DNA from: Escherichia phage ECBP1 | Direction: 5' to 3' (one strand) | Sequence record: NC_018854.1 | DNA length: 64,000 nt | Shown here: in pieces, positions 1 through 8,896 of the stretch | How the letters are laid out: each line of letters begins with the position of its first letter | Numbering within the stretch: the first letter of the stretch is position 1 | Translations under genes and position numbers: made by a program | The notes under the pieces: model-generated | Seen by the model: only the letters and a program-made list of their open reading frames with translations | Database searches by the model: none | Told to the model about the DNA's origin: nothing

Positions 1-137
1 TTAGCAAAGATGCTACCGTAAGGAATAGTAGTGGTAATCCTAACCATCCGGACTATTACTCTAGTATAGCACGCATCATCACCAGAAAGCCCCATCTTAC
101 AGGATAACTTACACAATTAAGCTCTTAAGGATATTAA

Positions 138-464
138 ATGAAACTTACTAAGATAGGTTATGCTGATGGACCTATTTCCACTACCCATACAACCTTACAA
201 GACCTTGTACCTGGTAGACTCACTCCTATTATCCTAGTACCAGATGATCAGACTCTACACGAAGTTAAAGGATTAGCTTTACTACTAAATAAGGTGACTA
301 TTGTAGAAGTTCTTGAACCAGGAAAGGAATTACCGTGGTCCTCCTACATGTACTCCCCCTGGCATGTGAATACGGATAAGTACACTCTTACCTTTGGTAT
401 TACCAGTGAACTGCAAACTCCTCACTTGGTATATGCTTCCTCCTATTTAACTGCTTATAAGTAG
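138..464 (+). CDS. hypothetical protein (weak call; may be non-coding leader)
   Basis: 108-aa ORF from the track; unusual composition; no recognisable motif; repeat-rich non-coding DNA follows at 480-660. Confidence 0.25.
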   Translation: MKLTKIGYADGPISTTHTTLQDLVPGRLTPIILVPDDQTLHEVKGLALLLNKVTIVEVLEPGKELPWSSYMYSPWHVNTDKYTLTFGITSELQTPHLVYASSYLTAYK

Positions 465-665
465 GATAGCTATCATATTTTTGCATATGAAAAGTAGCAT
501 AGTTATGTATGGCTACAGTGGTGTGGCTGGGGCTACACCCTTACACTCAACCATCCCCCCCGGTATGTTGACGGTGTAGCCACTACCCTACCCCACCTTA
601 CACGTTACACATGCTCCGCATGTTATGGACATGTCGTCCTATCATCAACTATTGGAGCTATCATC

Positions 666-989
666 ATGACTACTCAAGCTACTGTACGTATGACCGCAGG
701 AACTTTACTTGGTACTGTTAACTCAGCTGCTACTACTGTTGCAGATACATTCGGTACAGCAACTAAAGCAGTAGGTATGCTTAATTCATATGTTAGTACG
801 ATGGCAGAGAAACAAGCCATTCGTACTAAATTAGAAATGCATACCTTTGTTAATAAACTGGCAGAGGAAACAGCTATGACTGAGACTCTGCGTAAGAAAA
901 GTATCGAGGAATTCTGCAAGGATTCAGAGAACGCTCGAATCTATAACGCAGAATATTCCAAAGTAATTGACATCCTGACTAAAGACTAA
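666..989 (+). CDS. hypothetical early protein
   Basis: 107-aa ORF; intrinsic terminator immediately downstream (998-1023). Confidence 0.5.
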   Translation: MTTQATVRMTAGTLLGTVNSAATTVADTFGTATKAVGMLNSYVSTMAEKQAIRTKLEMHTFVNKLAEETAMTETLRKKSIEEFCKDSENARIYNAEYSKVIDILTKD

Positions 990-997
990 GTCACATA

Positions 998-1023
998 GGA
1001 GACTCTTCGGAGTCTCCTTTTAT
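998..1023 (+). terminator. intrinsic terminator
   Basis: Stem ggagactc / gagtctcc with ttcg loop, followed by ttttat. Confidence 0.6.
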
Positions 1024-1076
1024 AAACATTAGATAGATAGTCAAAAGTAGATAACTATCTACTTTGGAGATAGATA

Positions 1077-1415
1077 ATGGCTAAGTACATTTGCATAAAA
1101 TCATTAACTAAAGATGTTCCTGTAGGAACAGAACTGGTAGGAAAATACCACTCACCAGGAAGATTCATTCTTACTGAAGATAGTAAATTAAAGTGTGTAT
1201 CAGGAACAGGACCACGTTGGTACAAAGATGACCAACTACCTCTTGCAGGTGCTTTATGGGTATGGCAATGCCAAGACCCTATTAAAGCTTTAGAACGCTA
1301 TGAGAAAGCTGTTCGTGCCCATGAAATGCTTGGTGCTCAAGACCCGGAAGATTGGCCTGGAATTGAGAAAGAGTATGAATCTGCTAAGGCAGAATTGCTT
1401 AATCATTTGTATTAA
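1077..1415 (+). CDS. hypothetical early protein
   Basis: 112-aa ORF; palindrome gtagat-aact-atctac just upstream; hairpin 1432-1450 downstream. Confidence 0.5.
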   Translation: MAKYICIKSLTKDVPVGTELVGKYHSPGRFILTEDSKLKCVSGTGPRWYKDDQLPLAGALWVWQCQDPIKALERYEKAVRAHEMLGAQDPEDWPGIEKEYESAKAELLNHLY

Positions 1416-1431
1416 AAACCAAGACCGCAGG

Positions 1432-1450
1432 CGTTGTCTGCAAGACAACG
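1432..1450 (+). promoter_or_regulatory. 8-bp stem / 3-nt loop hairpin (candidate N4-type vRNAP promoter hairpin or terminator-like element)
   Basis: cgttgtct-gca-agacaacg perfect inverted repeat; no T-tract after it. Confidence 0.3.
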
Positions 1451-1570
1451 ACGCTCCGCGTCTTATGGATGATGTAAATGCATCCACTAATCATTGAACT
1501 TTTATCCCTTTGTTTGGGTGTTCTCACCGACGAGTTCACCCGTAAATCACATAAATCTGGAGAGTACAAA

Positions 1571-1951
1571 ATGTCTATTCAAAAATTCACTTTCGGTCAA
1601 TCTAACACTGCTGCTTCTACTGCTAAAACTGATAAACCAAAAGCTCAGTTCTGGCTGAACATTGGTTATGTAGCTAACGAAGGCTCTGATGATGAGAAAT
1701 TCATCTCTCTGCCTACTGGTATTCCACTGGATACTCAGGAGCCACTGCCTACTAATAGCAGCAATGCTGACTTCCGTGCTATGCGTTGTGCACAGAACGA
1801 CTTGCTGGAACAGTTAATTGAGTATGCTCAGAACCTGGAACCAGGTGAAGAAGGTATCATAAACCTGCAAGTTCAACTTCGTCGTGTGAAAGCAGAGGCT
1901 GCTGACATCCCAGCAGACGAGAATAAATATGCTCGTAAACTGACTTTCTAA
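1571..1951 (+). CDS. hypothetical protein (alternative upstream start at 1478)
   Basis: ATG at 1571 preceded by GGAGA; terminator follows at 1961-1990. Confidence 0.5.
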   Translation: MSIQKFTFGQSNTAASTAKTDKPKAQFWLNIGYVANEGSDDEKFISLPTGIPLDTQEPLPTNSSNADFRAMRCAQNDLLEQLIEYAQNLEPGEEGIINLQVQLRRVKAEAADIPADENKYARKLTF

Positions 1952-1960
1952 TCAACCAAT

Positions 1961-1990
1961 AGACTCCCTTCGGGGAGTCTTTTATTTTTA
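1961..1990 (+). terminator. intrinsic terminator
   Basis: agactccc-ttcg-gggagtct followed by ttttattttt. Confidence 0.65.
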
Positions 1991-2091
1991 ACTAGACGAT
2001 AAGCTATTTCTACTTTTTGAGTATCTTTAGACGAAGGGTACTGAAACAGTAACCAGATAGATATAGATTTATATTAGAAGAGGAATTAACC

Positions 2092-2280
2092 ATGTTAGAC
2101 TTCATCGCTTTCTGTGTAATCTTCTACTTTCTGGGTTGGAAGTTACGTCATAAATGGTTGCTTATTGCTAAACTGCCATTCGTTACTATCGAGTGTCTCA
2201 TTGCTAGTATTAAACACAAGAAAGCAATGACTCAGTACTACAAGCAACAAGCAGAAGAGTTTGCAAAGAGGAACCAGTGA
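2092..2280 (+). CDS. small membrane protein
   Basis: 62-aa ORF with hydrophobic N-terminal segment (FIAFCVIFYFLGW). Confidence 0.4.
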   Translation: MLDFIAFCVIFYFLGWKLRHKWLLIAKLPFVTIECLIASIKHKKAMTQYYKQQAEEFAKRNQ

Positions 2281-2459
2281 TATTCACTAACATAGATGAT
2301 GCCATTGAAGAATGTATCTTTCGTAGGTATCACACTGGTGTACAGAAACGACACTATGGTGTTGTACAACTCAATGGCTATCAAATGGTTGTAAGAATTG
2401 TACGTAAGAATAAACCTTTTAACTTTATGTGGAGTACTAAATCATGCGTAAATCATTAA
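2277..2459 (+). CDS. hypothetical protein
   Basis: 60-aa ORF; start overlaps upstream stop. Confidence 0.35.
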   Translation: MIFTNIDDAIEECIFRRYHTGVQKRHYGVVQLNGYQMVVRIVRKNKPFNFMWSTKSCVNH

Positions 2460-2572
2460 TCATGGGAACCAGAGAAGACGTGCAAAAGATGAAAGAACGT
2501 CTGGTTGCTAAGAAACAGACGTCTGAACCAGTACGTAAGATTGTTACCTTCAACCATTCATGTATCAAGTAA
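2444..2572 (+). CDS. small ORF (42 aa), low confidence
   Basis: ATG-initiated basic ORF below the track threshold, ending just before terminator 2576-2610. Confidence 0.2.
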   Translation: MRKSLIMGTREDVQKMKERLVAKKQTSEPVRKIVTFNHSCIK

Positions 2573-2575
2573 CTA

Positions 2576-2610
2576 GGAGTCCTCCATTAGGAGGGCTTCT
2601 ATTTTTTATT
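2576..2610 (+). terminator. intrinsic terminator
   Basis: agtcctcc-atta-ggagggct followed by tctattttttatt. Confidence 0.6.
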
Positions 2611-2650
2611 CCTGAATAGTTAGATATGTATTTAAATAGGAGAAATAACC

Positions 2651-2959
2651 TTGAATGAAATTGTTTGTATACTTCCTCAATCAGCTAAGATAGCTGACAG
2701 GAATATCCGTATCCACTTACCCTTTCCATTAAGTAATCCATTCACTCGTAATGAAAGAACCACAGTAGAAGATGTAGAGGTAGCTTATGAAGCTTACCTC
2801 CGTAATCGTCTTATTAGTGGGGACAAACTAATTACAGCAGAGATGGAAAGGATTGCATCCTTTGTAACAGATAGTACAGGCAAGCCTGTTGGCTTAATTG
2901 GTACAGAGTCTGATGTTAACGTTATTCGTAAAATATTAATGGAGGCATTAAATGGCTAA
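2651..2959 (+). CDS. hypothetical protein, DUF4326-like paralog lacking the Cys/His motif (TTG start)
   Basis: SNPF...VEVAYEAYLRNRL resembles GNPF...VIAKYKVWLQEQI of ORF 4159-4539. Confidence 0.4.
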   Translation: MNEIVCILPQSAKIADRNIRIHLPFPLSNPFTRNERTTVEDVEVAYEAYLRNRLISGDKLITAEMERIASFVTDSTGKPVGLIGTESDVNVIRKILMEALNG

Positions 2960-3182
2960 ATATAAGGTAATACGCTTTGCAGATAATGAACGTGGTATTG
3001 GTGCAGAAGTAGAGAAAAAAACATTCTTTGGAACCAGTACATGGGTAAAAGTTAGTACACATGGACACAGTGAGTGCTTCGATAAATGGGTTAATAAAGA
3101 AACCGGTGTATCCGGTTATGCTGATACTACCCAATCAGAGATTAATGACTTCTATACTGCCAATCACATTACTAAGGAATAA
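2952..3182 (+). CDS. hypothetical protein
   Basis: 76-aa ORF; start overlaps upstream stop. Confidence 0.4.
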   Translation: MAKYKVIRFADNERGIGAEVEKKTFFGTSTWVKVSTHGHSECFDKWVNKETGVSGYADTTQSEINDFYTANHITKE

Positions 3183-3187
3183 ACAAA

Positions 3188-3409
3188 ATGTTGTTCAGCA
3201 CTAATTATGGTATTTGCCCAATTTGCAATAAAGGAAGAGGAGTTGCTAATCATAAGAAGTGTAGTCGTATATTACAGAAACAACGGAATCAGAAAGAATG
3301 GGATAAGGTGCTGAATAATCAGCATAAAGAAGAGAATCAACAGATGGCTGTTAAAGCATCTACTCAACGTATTCGCCGTATTAACTATATACAGGGGTAT
3401 CAGAAATGA
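3188..3409 (+). CDS. small basic zinc-ribbon-like protein
   Basis: CPIC...KKCS cysteine pairs; K/R/Q-rich. Confidence 0.4.
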   Translation: MLFSTNYGICPICNKGRGVANHKKCSRILQKQRNQKEWDKVLNNQHKEENQQMAVKASTQRIRRINYIQGYQK

Positions 3410-3663
3410 TTATTGCATATCCTACAGGCAAGACTGTGGAATATATGAAGCATACTATTCAAGTGCCTCACTGGGTTAAGTATATAGCATTACTACCTCG
3501 TCAATATAAGAGTGCTAATACCTCACTAATAGGATTCTCTAAAAAACCTAAGCTAACAGAAAACAATATCTGGGTATCCTCTGGGAGACAAGAAGAGATT
3601 GGTTTTTGTGATTTGAGTATTGTCAATAATAACGTTTACCTAACGCTGGAGAAAGTAGCATGA
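3406..3663 (+). CDS. hypothetical protein
   Basis: 85-aa ORF with ATGA-type overlap to neighbours. Confidence 0.4.
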   Translation: MIIAYPTGKTVEYMKHTIQVPHWVKYIALLPRQYKSANTSLIGFSKKPKLTENNIWVSSGRQEEIGFCDLSIVNNNVYLTLEKVA

Positions 3664-3851
3664 ATATTGAAAATTATGAAATCACTTTAGTAACAGCAGA
3701 CAGTAAAACTGTGATTAACAAACAATTAAATAATGACCCTGAGATGCTTAACTGGGTTGCAGAGCAATTTGCTGATGTTAACTCAGCACAGGTAACCCTA
3801 CGGAATATGTCAGGAAAAGTAGTAGCATTTACAGGCAAGGAGCCAGTATGA
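3660..3851 (+). CDS. hypothetical protein
   Basis: 63-aa ORF in a tightly packed operon. Confidence 0.35.
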   Translation: MNIENYEITLVTADSKTVINKQLNNDPEMLNWVAEQFADVNSAQVTLRNMSGKVVAFTGKEPV

Positions 3852-4162
3852 AAACTATTCTAGTAATCCATGATTCTACGTTTACTGATGTAGATAAGAT
3901 GATGCGTAATATTGATTATGTATCTCAGACAAGCCAAGCATTCAATGAAGAGTTTACTCTGTACTGCAATGCTGAATCTCCTCTGGTTCCTATCCTTAAG
4001 GAATCAGGTCTACCATTCTCTACAGAGAACTTCCCGGAAGAACCAGACTATGTAATCTCATTTATCTATGACTTACATGATGGTTCTGAAACTAGTGAAT
4101 TAGCTATGAACCAGTGGCGTAGTAAACGTCCTGTGTTTGCATTTCAGGTACTTAAACCATGA
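3848..4162 (+). CDS. hypothetical acidic protein
   Basis: 104-aa ORF with overlapping start and stop. Confidence 0.4.
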   Translation: MKTILVIHDSTFTDVDKMMRNIDYVSQTSQAFNEEFTLYCNAESPLVPILKESGLPFSTENFPEEPDYVISFIYDLHDGSETSELAMNQWRSKRPVFAFQVLKP

Positions 4163-4539
4163 AGATTATGTCATTAGGTGATGACACCAATGCTTTACTT
4201 GGTGTATCTGCACGTCCAATTATCATTGTTAATAAACATCACGGTAAATCCGGTGAGTATATTGGGCGTGGCTCACCATTAGGCAATCCATTCGTCATTG
4301 GTAAACATGGAACCAGAGAGCAAGTAATTGCTAAGTATAAAGTCTGGTTACAAGAACAGATTGATAAAGGTAATCCAGTTGTACTGGATGAACTTAATCG
4401 TCTGGGTAATAAAGCCATTGATGAGAAAGGATTAGCCTTACAGTGCTTCTGTTATCCAAAACCATGTCATGGTGAGGTTATTAAAGAGAAGCTAGTAAAG
4501 GCTATGTATAACTACTTTGTAGAAAATCTAAAAGGATAA
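4159..4539 (+). CDS. DUF4326-like protein
   Basis: Motif GRGSPLGNPF plus C-terminal CFCYPKPCHG, as I recall for DUF4326; not verified by HMM. Confidence 0.5.
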   Translation: MKIMSLGDDTNALLGVSARPIIIVNKHHGKSGEYIGRGSPLGNPFVIGKHGTREQVIAKYKVWLQEQIDKGNPVVLDELNRLGNKAIDEKGLALQCFCYPKPCHGEVIKEKLVKAMYNYFVENLKG

Positions 4540-4542
4540 TTT

Positions 4543-4893
4543 ATGAAAGAAATCTTAGTATTCACTACTAATGTACTTGGACAGCATAACAATGCTGCTG
4601 CCAAATTAGCTTATAAGAAACACGGTGCTCGCTGGGGCATGGCCTATGGTCATTATGGTAATAGCTTTGCCATTCCAGTAAAGGATGGTTATGGTAACCG
4701 TATTAAAGAAGGTGCTATCTATGGCTTCATTGAAGGCTTTATTGCATATGCATCTTCTAATCCACAATGGGATTTCAAAGTAATGGGAGATAACTTTCTG
4801 GACCCATACCTGTTCAATAATGTCACTGGCAATGTGCTATTGCCAGAAGCATGGCATAAATACTTAGGTAATGCTTACAACTATTGGAGTTAA
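4543..4893 (+). CDS. hypothetical protein, possible Rossmann-like fold
   Basis: ILVFTTNVLGQHNNAAAKLAYKKHGARWG...FAIPVKD strand-loop-helix pattern; 3 nt after the DUF4326-like gene. Confidence 0.45.
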   Translation: MKEILVFTTNVLGQHNNAAAKLAYKKHGARWGMAYGHYGNSFAIPVKDGYGNRIKEGAIYGFIEGFIAYASSNPQWDFKVMGDNFLDPYLFNNVTGNVLLPEAWHKYLGNAYNYWS

Positions 4894-5156
4894 TAATGAC
4901 TTATGAAGAACTATGGTCTGCTCAAGTCAGAGCCAGAGCACTCACACGACACGATATCTATTGTGCATTACAGAACGAATTAAAGAGTCGTACTAAGCTG
5001 GGTCACATATCCGGCTTAGTTAAAATACCTATGACTAGCCTAGTCTGGCCTTATCAGAAGAAAAGTAATGAGTTTAATGGTAATGGTCTGCATGTACGCA
5101 TCGACTACATCGGTAATGAAAACAGTATTCGTATTACCTTTTGGACTAAGCGTTAG
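4884..5156 (+). CDS. hypothetical protein
   Basis: 90-aa ORF. Confidence 0.4.
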   Translation: MELIMTYEELWSAQVRARALTRHDIYCALQNELKSRTKLGHISGLVKIPMTSLVWPYQKKSNEFNGNGLHVRIDYIGNENSIRITFWTKR

Positions 5157-5209
5157 TTAATGGCTGCTCCGCAGCTTTTGGTTATTAATCACATTTAGGA
5201 GAATAAGCG

Positions 5210-6028
5210 ATGTACTCATCCATTGAACATCAGAAGCAACTCGAAAAACTATTCAATAAAAATCAGCTCTTGCCTCGCATGAGGAAGGAATTCGAGGACT
5301 CCGAAGAAATTGACTTTAAGGCATTCGCTGCCTATTTAGAAATTGATTATAAGCTGCTCATTGATGCAATGGTGCAGATTGCCCTACATAAACGTGCTGA
5401 CATCCAAACTATGATTGGTTCTCTAATGAGTCACTCAGATGATGCTCAGTACATCGCTGACTGTCTGTATAAGATGGCAGAGAATGACTGCTTCAACTAT
5501 GACCCTACCATCGACAAGTTCGGTGTTATCTATGAGATTAGTGAAGATGTACAGATGGAACTGGAAGCATTCCAGTACCCATTACCTATCGTAAGTGCTC
5601 CTAAGCCTGTTAAGTGTAACCGTGATACTGGTTACTACGAAAGCAGAGGTAGCATCATACTTAAGAAGAATCATCATGAGATGGATGTCTGTCTTGATCA
5701 CATCAACCGCATGAACAATCAACGTCTCTGCATTAACTGGGACGTTGCTAACTACGTAAAAGACTCCCGTCCTAACATGGATAAACCCAAAGAGGGTGAA
5801 ACCCGTCAGGACTATGAGAAGCGTGTTAAAGCCTTTGAGAAGTACAGCCGTACAGCTAAGGAAGTAATGGAGTTAGTGACCAAAGAAGGTAATAACTTCT
5901 CACTGGCTCACAAATATGACAAACGTGGGCGTACATATGCCTGTGGCTACCACATCAACTATCAGGGAACCAGTTACAACAAAGCTGTACTGGAGTTCGC
6001 TGATAAGGAGTTAGTAAATGAAGACTAA
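5210..6028 (+). CDS. N4-type RNA polymerase II small subunit (N-terminal part of a split T7-like RNAP)
   Basis: 272 aa directly upstream of the RNAP catalytic-motif subunit; size and synteny match N4 gp15/gp16 as recalled. Confidence 0.6.
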   Translation: MYSSIEHQKQLEKLFNKNQLLPRMRKEFEDSEEIDFKAFAAYLEIDYKLLIDAMVQIALHKRADIQTMIGSLMSHSDDAQYIADCLYKMAENDCFNYDPTIDKFGVIYEISEDVQMELEAFQYPLPIVSAPKPVKCNRDTGYYESRGSIILKKNHHEMDVCLDHINRMNNQRLCINWDVANYVKDSRPNMDKPKEGETRQDYEKRVKAFEKYSRTAKEVMELVTKEGNNFSLAHKYDKRGRTYACGYHINYQGTSYNKAVLEFADKELVNED

Positions 6029-6179
6029 CATTGGCTCATATGAGCTATGGGTTAATGAAGAATGCGTTTACTCCGGTACATATGTGAAGTGCTTATACTT
6101 TGAAAAGCTTTACAAGCTTCAAAACCCTGAGAGTAAAACCATTATTTATAAACTATCTGCCGACGTAGTAACTGGCTAA
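6018..6179 (+). CDS. small ORF (53 aa) between the RNAP II subunit genes
   Basis: ATG overlaps the upstream stop (aATGAag); fills an otherwise empty 209-nt gap; below track threshold. Confidence 0.3.
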   Translation: MKTNIGSYELWVNEECVYSGTYVKCLYFEKLYKLQNPESKTIIYKLSADVVTG

Positions 6180-6236
6180 TCCATCCAATAAGCAGGCTCT
6201 CCATAGTGGGGAGCCAAGAAGCAAAAGGAACATAAA

Positions 6237-7454
6237 ATGCAACTGTTAACCGCTAAACAATACCTGAAAGTAGATATCGCCAATAACTATGGTCTGGATA
6301 AAAAGACATGGGATGAGCGTATTGCCTGGTTCGATGAGAACGAAGCTAACCTGCTTAATCTGGTAGATGAAGCTGAAGATTCTGCACTGTTCTATGCTGG
6401 TGTAAATGCATGGAAAGATATGAAAGCAGGTAAGCCTATTGGTTATGCCGTAGCTCTGGATGCTACATCATCTGGCTTGCAATTACTGGCTTGTCTGACG
6501 GGTGACCGCTCTGCTGCTGAACTGTGTAACGTAGTTAATTACATGGGTGAGAATGGTAAGCCATTACGTCGTGATGCTTATACAGTCATCTATCACAAGA
6601 TGTTGGACATCCTTGGTGAAGCATCTCGTATTAAACGTAGTGACACTAAGCAGGCAGTTATGACTGCGTTCTACGGCTCAGAAGCCAAGCCTAAAGAAGT
6701 ATTCGGTGAAGGTATTCGTCTCAAGACTTTTGAGAATGTAATGGAAACTGTTGCTAGTGGTCCTTGGGCATTGAACAAGTTCTTACTGCAATGTGGTAAT
6801 CCAGATGCCAACCGTTACATATGGATACTTCCTGACAACTTCCACGCTGTCATTAAGGTCATGGTTCCAGAAGTACAGACTGTTAACTTCTTAGGCAAAC
6901 CGTTCGACATTACTCGTATGGTTCAGGGTACTGAAGAGAAGACTCGTATGCTCTCTGCTAACATCACCCACTCTATTGATGGGATGGTGGTACGTGAGAT
7001 GCTGCGTCGTTGTAACTTCGACCGTGACTTAGTGGAAGCTGTGCGAGAACTCTGCGATGAAGGTCCATCAGAATATGGGGAGATTGCAGGTAATCTGGAG
7101 AAGGTACAAGAGCTATGGAGCCATTATGAGAAGTCTGGCTTCTTATCTTTATCCATCCTGGACTATCTTGACCCATGTACTATTGCTTATGTAGACCGTC
7201 AGGTAGTAGCAGATATGATTGACACTCTGCCTAAGAAACCATTCCCTGTAATGACTGTACATGACTGCTTCCGTTGCCATCCTAACTACGGTAATGACCT
7301 GCGTCGTCAGTACAATCAGATCCTGTCTGATATTGCTAAGAGTGACCTACTGGGCTTCATCCTGTCTCAGGTACTGGGGCAAGAGTTCTCTGCTGGTAAG
7401 CTGGATGACAGCCTCTGGCAGGACATTCTTGAAACAGACTATGCGTTGAGTTAA
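6237..7454 (+). CDS. N4-type RNA polymerase II large subunit (T7-like single-subunit RNAP catalytic domain)
   Basis: Motif B-like KQAVMTAFYGS and motif C-like VHDCF. Confidence 0.75.
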   Translation: MQLLTAKQYLKVDIANNYGLDKKTWDERIAWFDENEANLLNLVDEAEDSALFYAGVNAWKDMKAGKPIGYAVALDATSSGLQLLACLTGDRSAAELCNVVNYMGENGKPLRRDAYTVIYHKMLDILGEASRIKRSDTKQAVMTAFYGSEAKPKEVFGEGIRLKTFENVMETVASGPWALNKFLLQCGNPDANRYIWILPDNFHAVIKVMVPEVQTVNFLGKPFDITRMVQGTEEKTRMLSANITHSIDGMVVREMLRRCNFDRDLVEAVRELCDEGPSEYGEIAGNLEKVQELWSHYEKSGFLSLSILDYLDPCTIAYVDRQVVADMIDTLPKKPFPVMTVHDCFRCHPNYGNDLRRQYNQILSDIAKSDLLGFILSQVLGQEFSAGKLDDSLWQDILETDYALS

Positions 7455-7461
7455 TAAACTA

Positions 7462-7495
7462 GCCTCATTCCTTCGGGAGTGAGGCATATTTTTTG
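7462..7495 (+). terminator. intrinsic terminator
   Basis: gcctcattcc-ttcg-ggagtgaggc followed by atatttttt. Confidence 0.65.
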
Positions 7496-7694
7496 CTTGG
7501 AGGTAACAACTATGCTAATCCCTTTTGAAGTAATCTCTCAGTTAATACTGATAGTTTTATCTGTACTGGTTCTGTCTACAATAGTTCATGCCCACAAATC
7601 TAAGTTTGCTTATTACTACTATGGAGCATACTCACTAGGCTGCTTTGTAATGGCAGGATGGATAGCTTTTGCTATCTACTGTGTAAACAACTAA
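7479..7694 (+). CDS. small membrane protein
   Basis: 71 aa with two hydrophobic segments. Confidence 0.4.
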   Translation: MRHIFCLEVTTMLIPFEVISQLILIVLSVLVLSTIVHAHKSKFAYYYYGAYSLGCFVMAGWIAFAIYCVNN

Positions 7695-7721
7695 CCCTCC
7701 TAACGGAGGGTTTATTTTTTT
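7695..7721 (+). terminator. intrinsic terminator
   Basis: ccctcc-taac-ggaggg followed by tttattttttt. Confidence 0.65.
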
Positions 7722-7768
7722 ACATGTCATGTATACTAACTCTGCTATTTACTTATGAGGAAATTGAT

Positions 7769-8602
7769 ATGCCAACTTTGAAAGTAGGTTTTAACAAAAC
7801 CACTAATGTTGCAACTGTACTGGATGCCAGTGGTTCTATCCCAGGTGGTTCCGTAGAAGTAGGAACCTTTGTACACCCAGATGCCACTTACCCTGATAGC
7901 TTAGTTATCTTCCATGGTGTTCGTGACCTGCTGTATAAACGCTCTGCTAAAGATCCTTCTAAAGAAGGCTTCTGGCCTAACAACATCGTGGATATGCAGT
8001 CTATCTCTATTGATATGAAAGCTACTCCACGACTGACTATTGCTACCAAACTGCCTCGTGTAGTCTCTACTATCGAAGGTGAAGACATCAACTGGCACGT
8101 TGATGTAGCAGGTGGGAAAGCACCATTTACTTATAAATGGCAATTCAAAGCTGATACTGCTGGAGCAGCATTCGCTGATATTGATTCAGGTGAGAACGAA
8201 TCCGCTGCTACTGCAACACTGACTCTTAATGACGTAACAGCTACTTCTGCTGGTACTTACAAAGTGATTGTTACTGATGCTAATGGAACCACGGTAGAGG
8301 ATGAGTCACTATTAGCTGTAGGCTATTACGAAGCAAGTTCACTGGTAGCTACTCCTGATTCGCTGGCTCTGTCTGTTGCTGCTGATACAACTGCTGGTAA
8401 GACTGTAACAATTGTTGCTATGCCTGTTGGTTCATCTTCTGGTGCTTTATCTATCAAGACTGCTCCAGATTCTGGTCGTGCTACGGCTACCATTGCTGGT
8501 AACGTACTGACAGTTAAGCCAGTGGCTGCTGGTGATACTACTTCTGTAGTAGTTACCAATGGTACGGTAGATATAACTATCCCTGTTACTGTTGCAGAAT
8601 AA
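7769..8602 (+). CDS. Ig-like (Big_2-like) tandem-domain protein
   Basis: Start moved from track 7658 to ATG 7769 (GAGG RBS; track start runs through a terminator); beta-rich T/V/A repeats such as TVTIVAMPVGSSSGALSIKTAP and VVVTNGTVDITIPVTV. Confidence 0.5.
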   Translation: MPTLKVGFNKTTNVATVLDASGSIPGGSVEVGTFVHPDATYPDSLVIFHGVRDLLYKRSAKDPSKEGFWPNNIVDMQSISIDMKATPRLTIATKLPRVVSTIEGEDINWHVDVAGGKAPFTYKWQFKADTAGAAFADIDSGENESAATATLTLNDVTATSAGTYKVIVTDANGTTVEDESLLAVGYYEASSLVATPDSLALSVAADTTAGKTVTIVAMPVGSSSGALSIKTAPDSGRATATIAGNVLTVKPVAAGDTTSVVVTNGTVDITIPVTVAE

Positions 8603-8652
8603 GGGTATTCTTTGTTTGGGGTTATAAACCCTGAGATAAAACCCTCAAGTTT

Positions 8653-8682
8653 GACCTCCCTATTGAAGGGAGGTCTTTTTTT
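8653..8682 (+). terminator. intrinsic terminator
   Basis: gacctccc-tattgaa-gggaggtc followed by ttttttt. Confidence 0.65.
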
Positions 8683-8707
8683 GACTTAAGCATCCTGGAG
8701 CCAGGAA

Positions 8708-8896
8708 ATGTACAAAGAAATTGCATTCTTCTCATTCTTATTAGGTGGTTTAATAGGTGCAGGATTTGTAGCTATTTCTAATACCTACTTTGGTTCTACT
8801 CCAAATTCTGTAACGCAAACCCTCAAGCATGAATGTGAATTGAATATTCCTCGTAATCAAAACTGTGTAATGCAGTTCGTACCGGAGAAGAAATGA
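8708..8896 (+). CDS. small membrane protein
   Basis: 62 aa with N-terminal hydrophobic segment (FFSFLLGGLIGAGFVAI). Confidence 0.35.
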   Translation: MYKEIAFFSFLLGGLIGAGFVAISNTYFGSTPNSVTQTLKHECELNIPRNQNCVMQFVPEKK

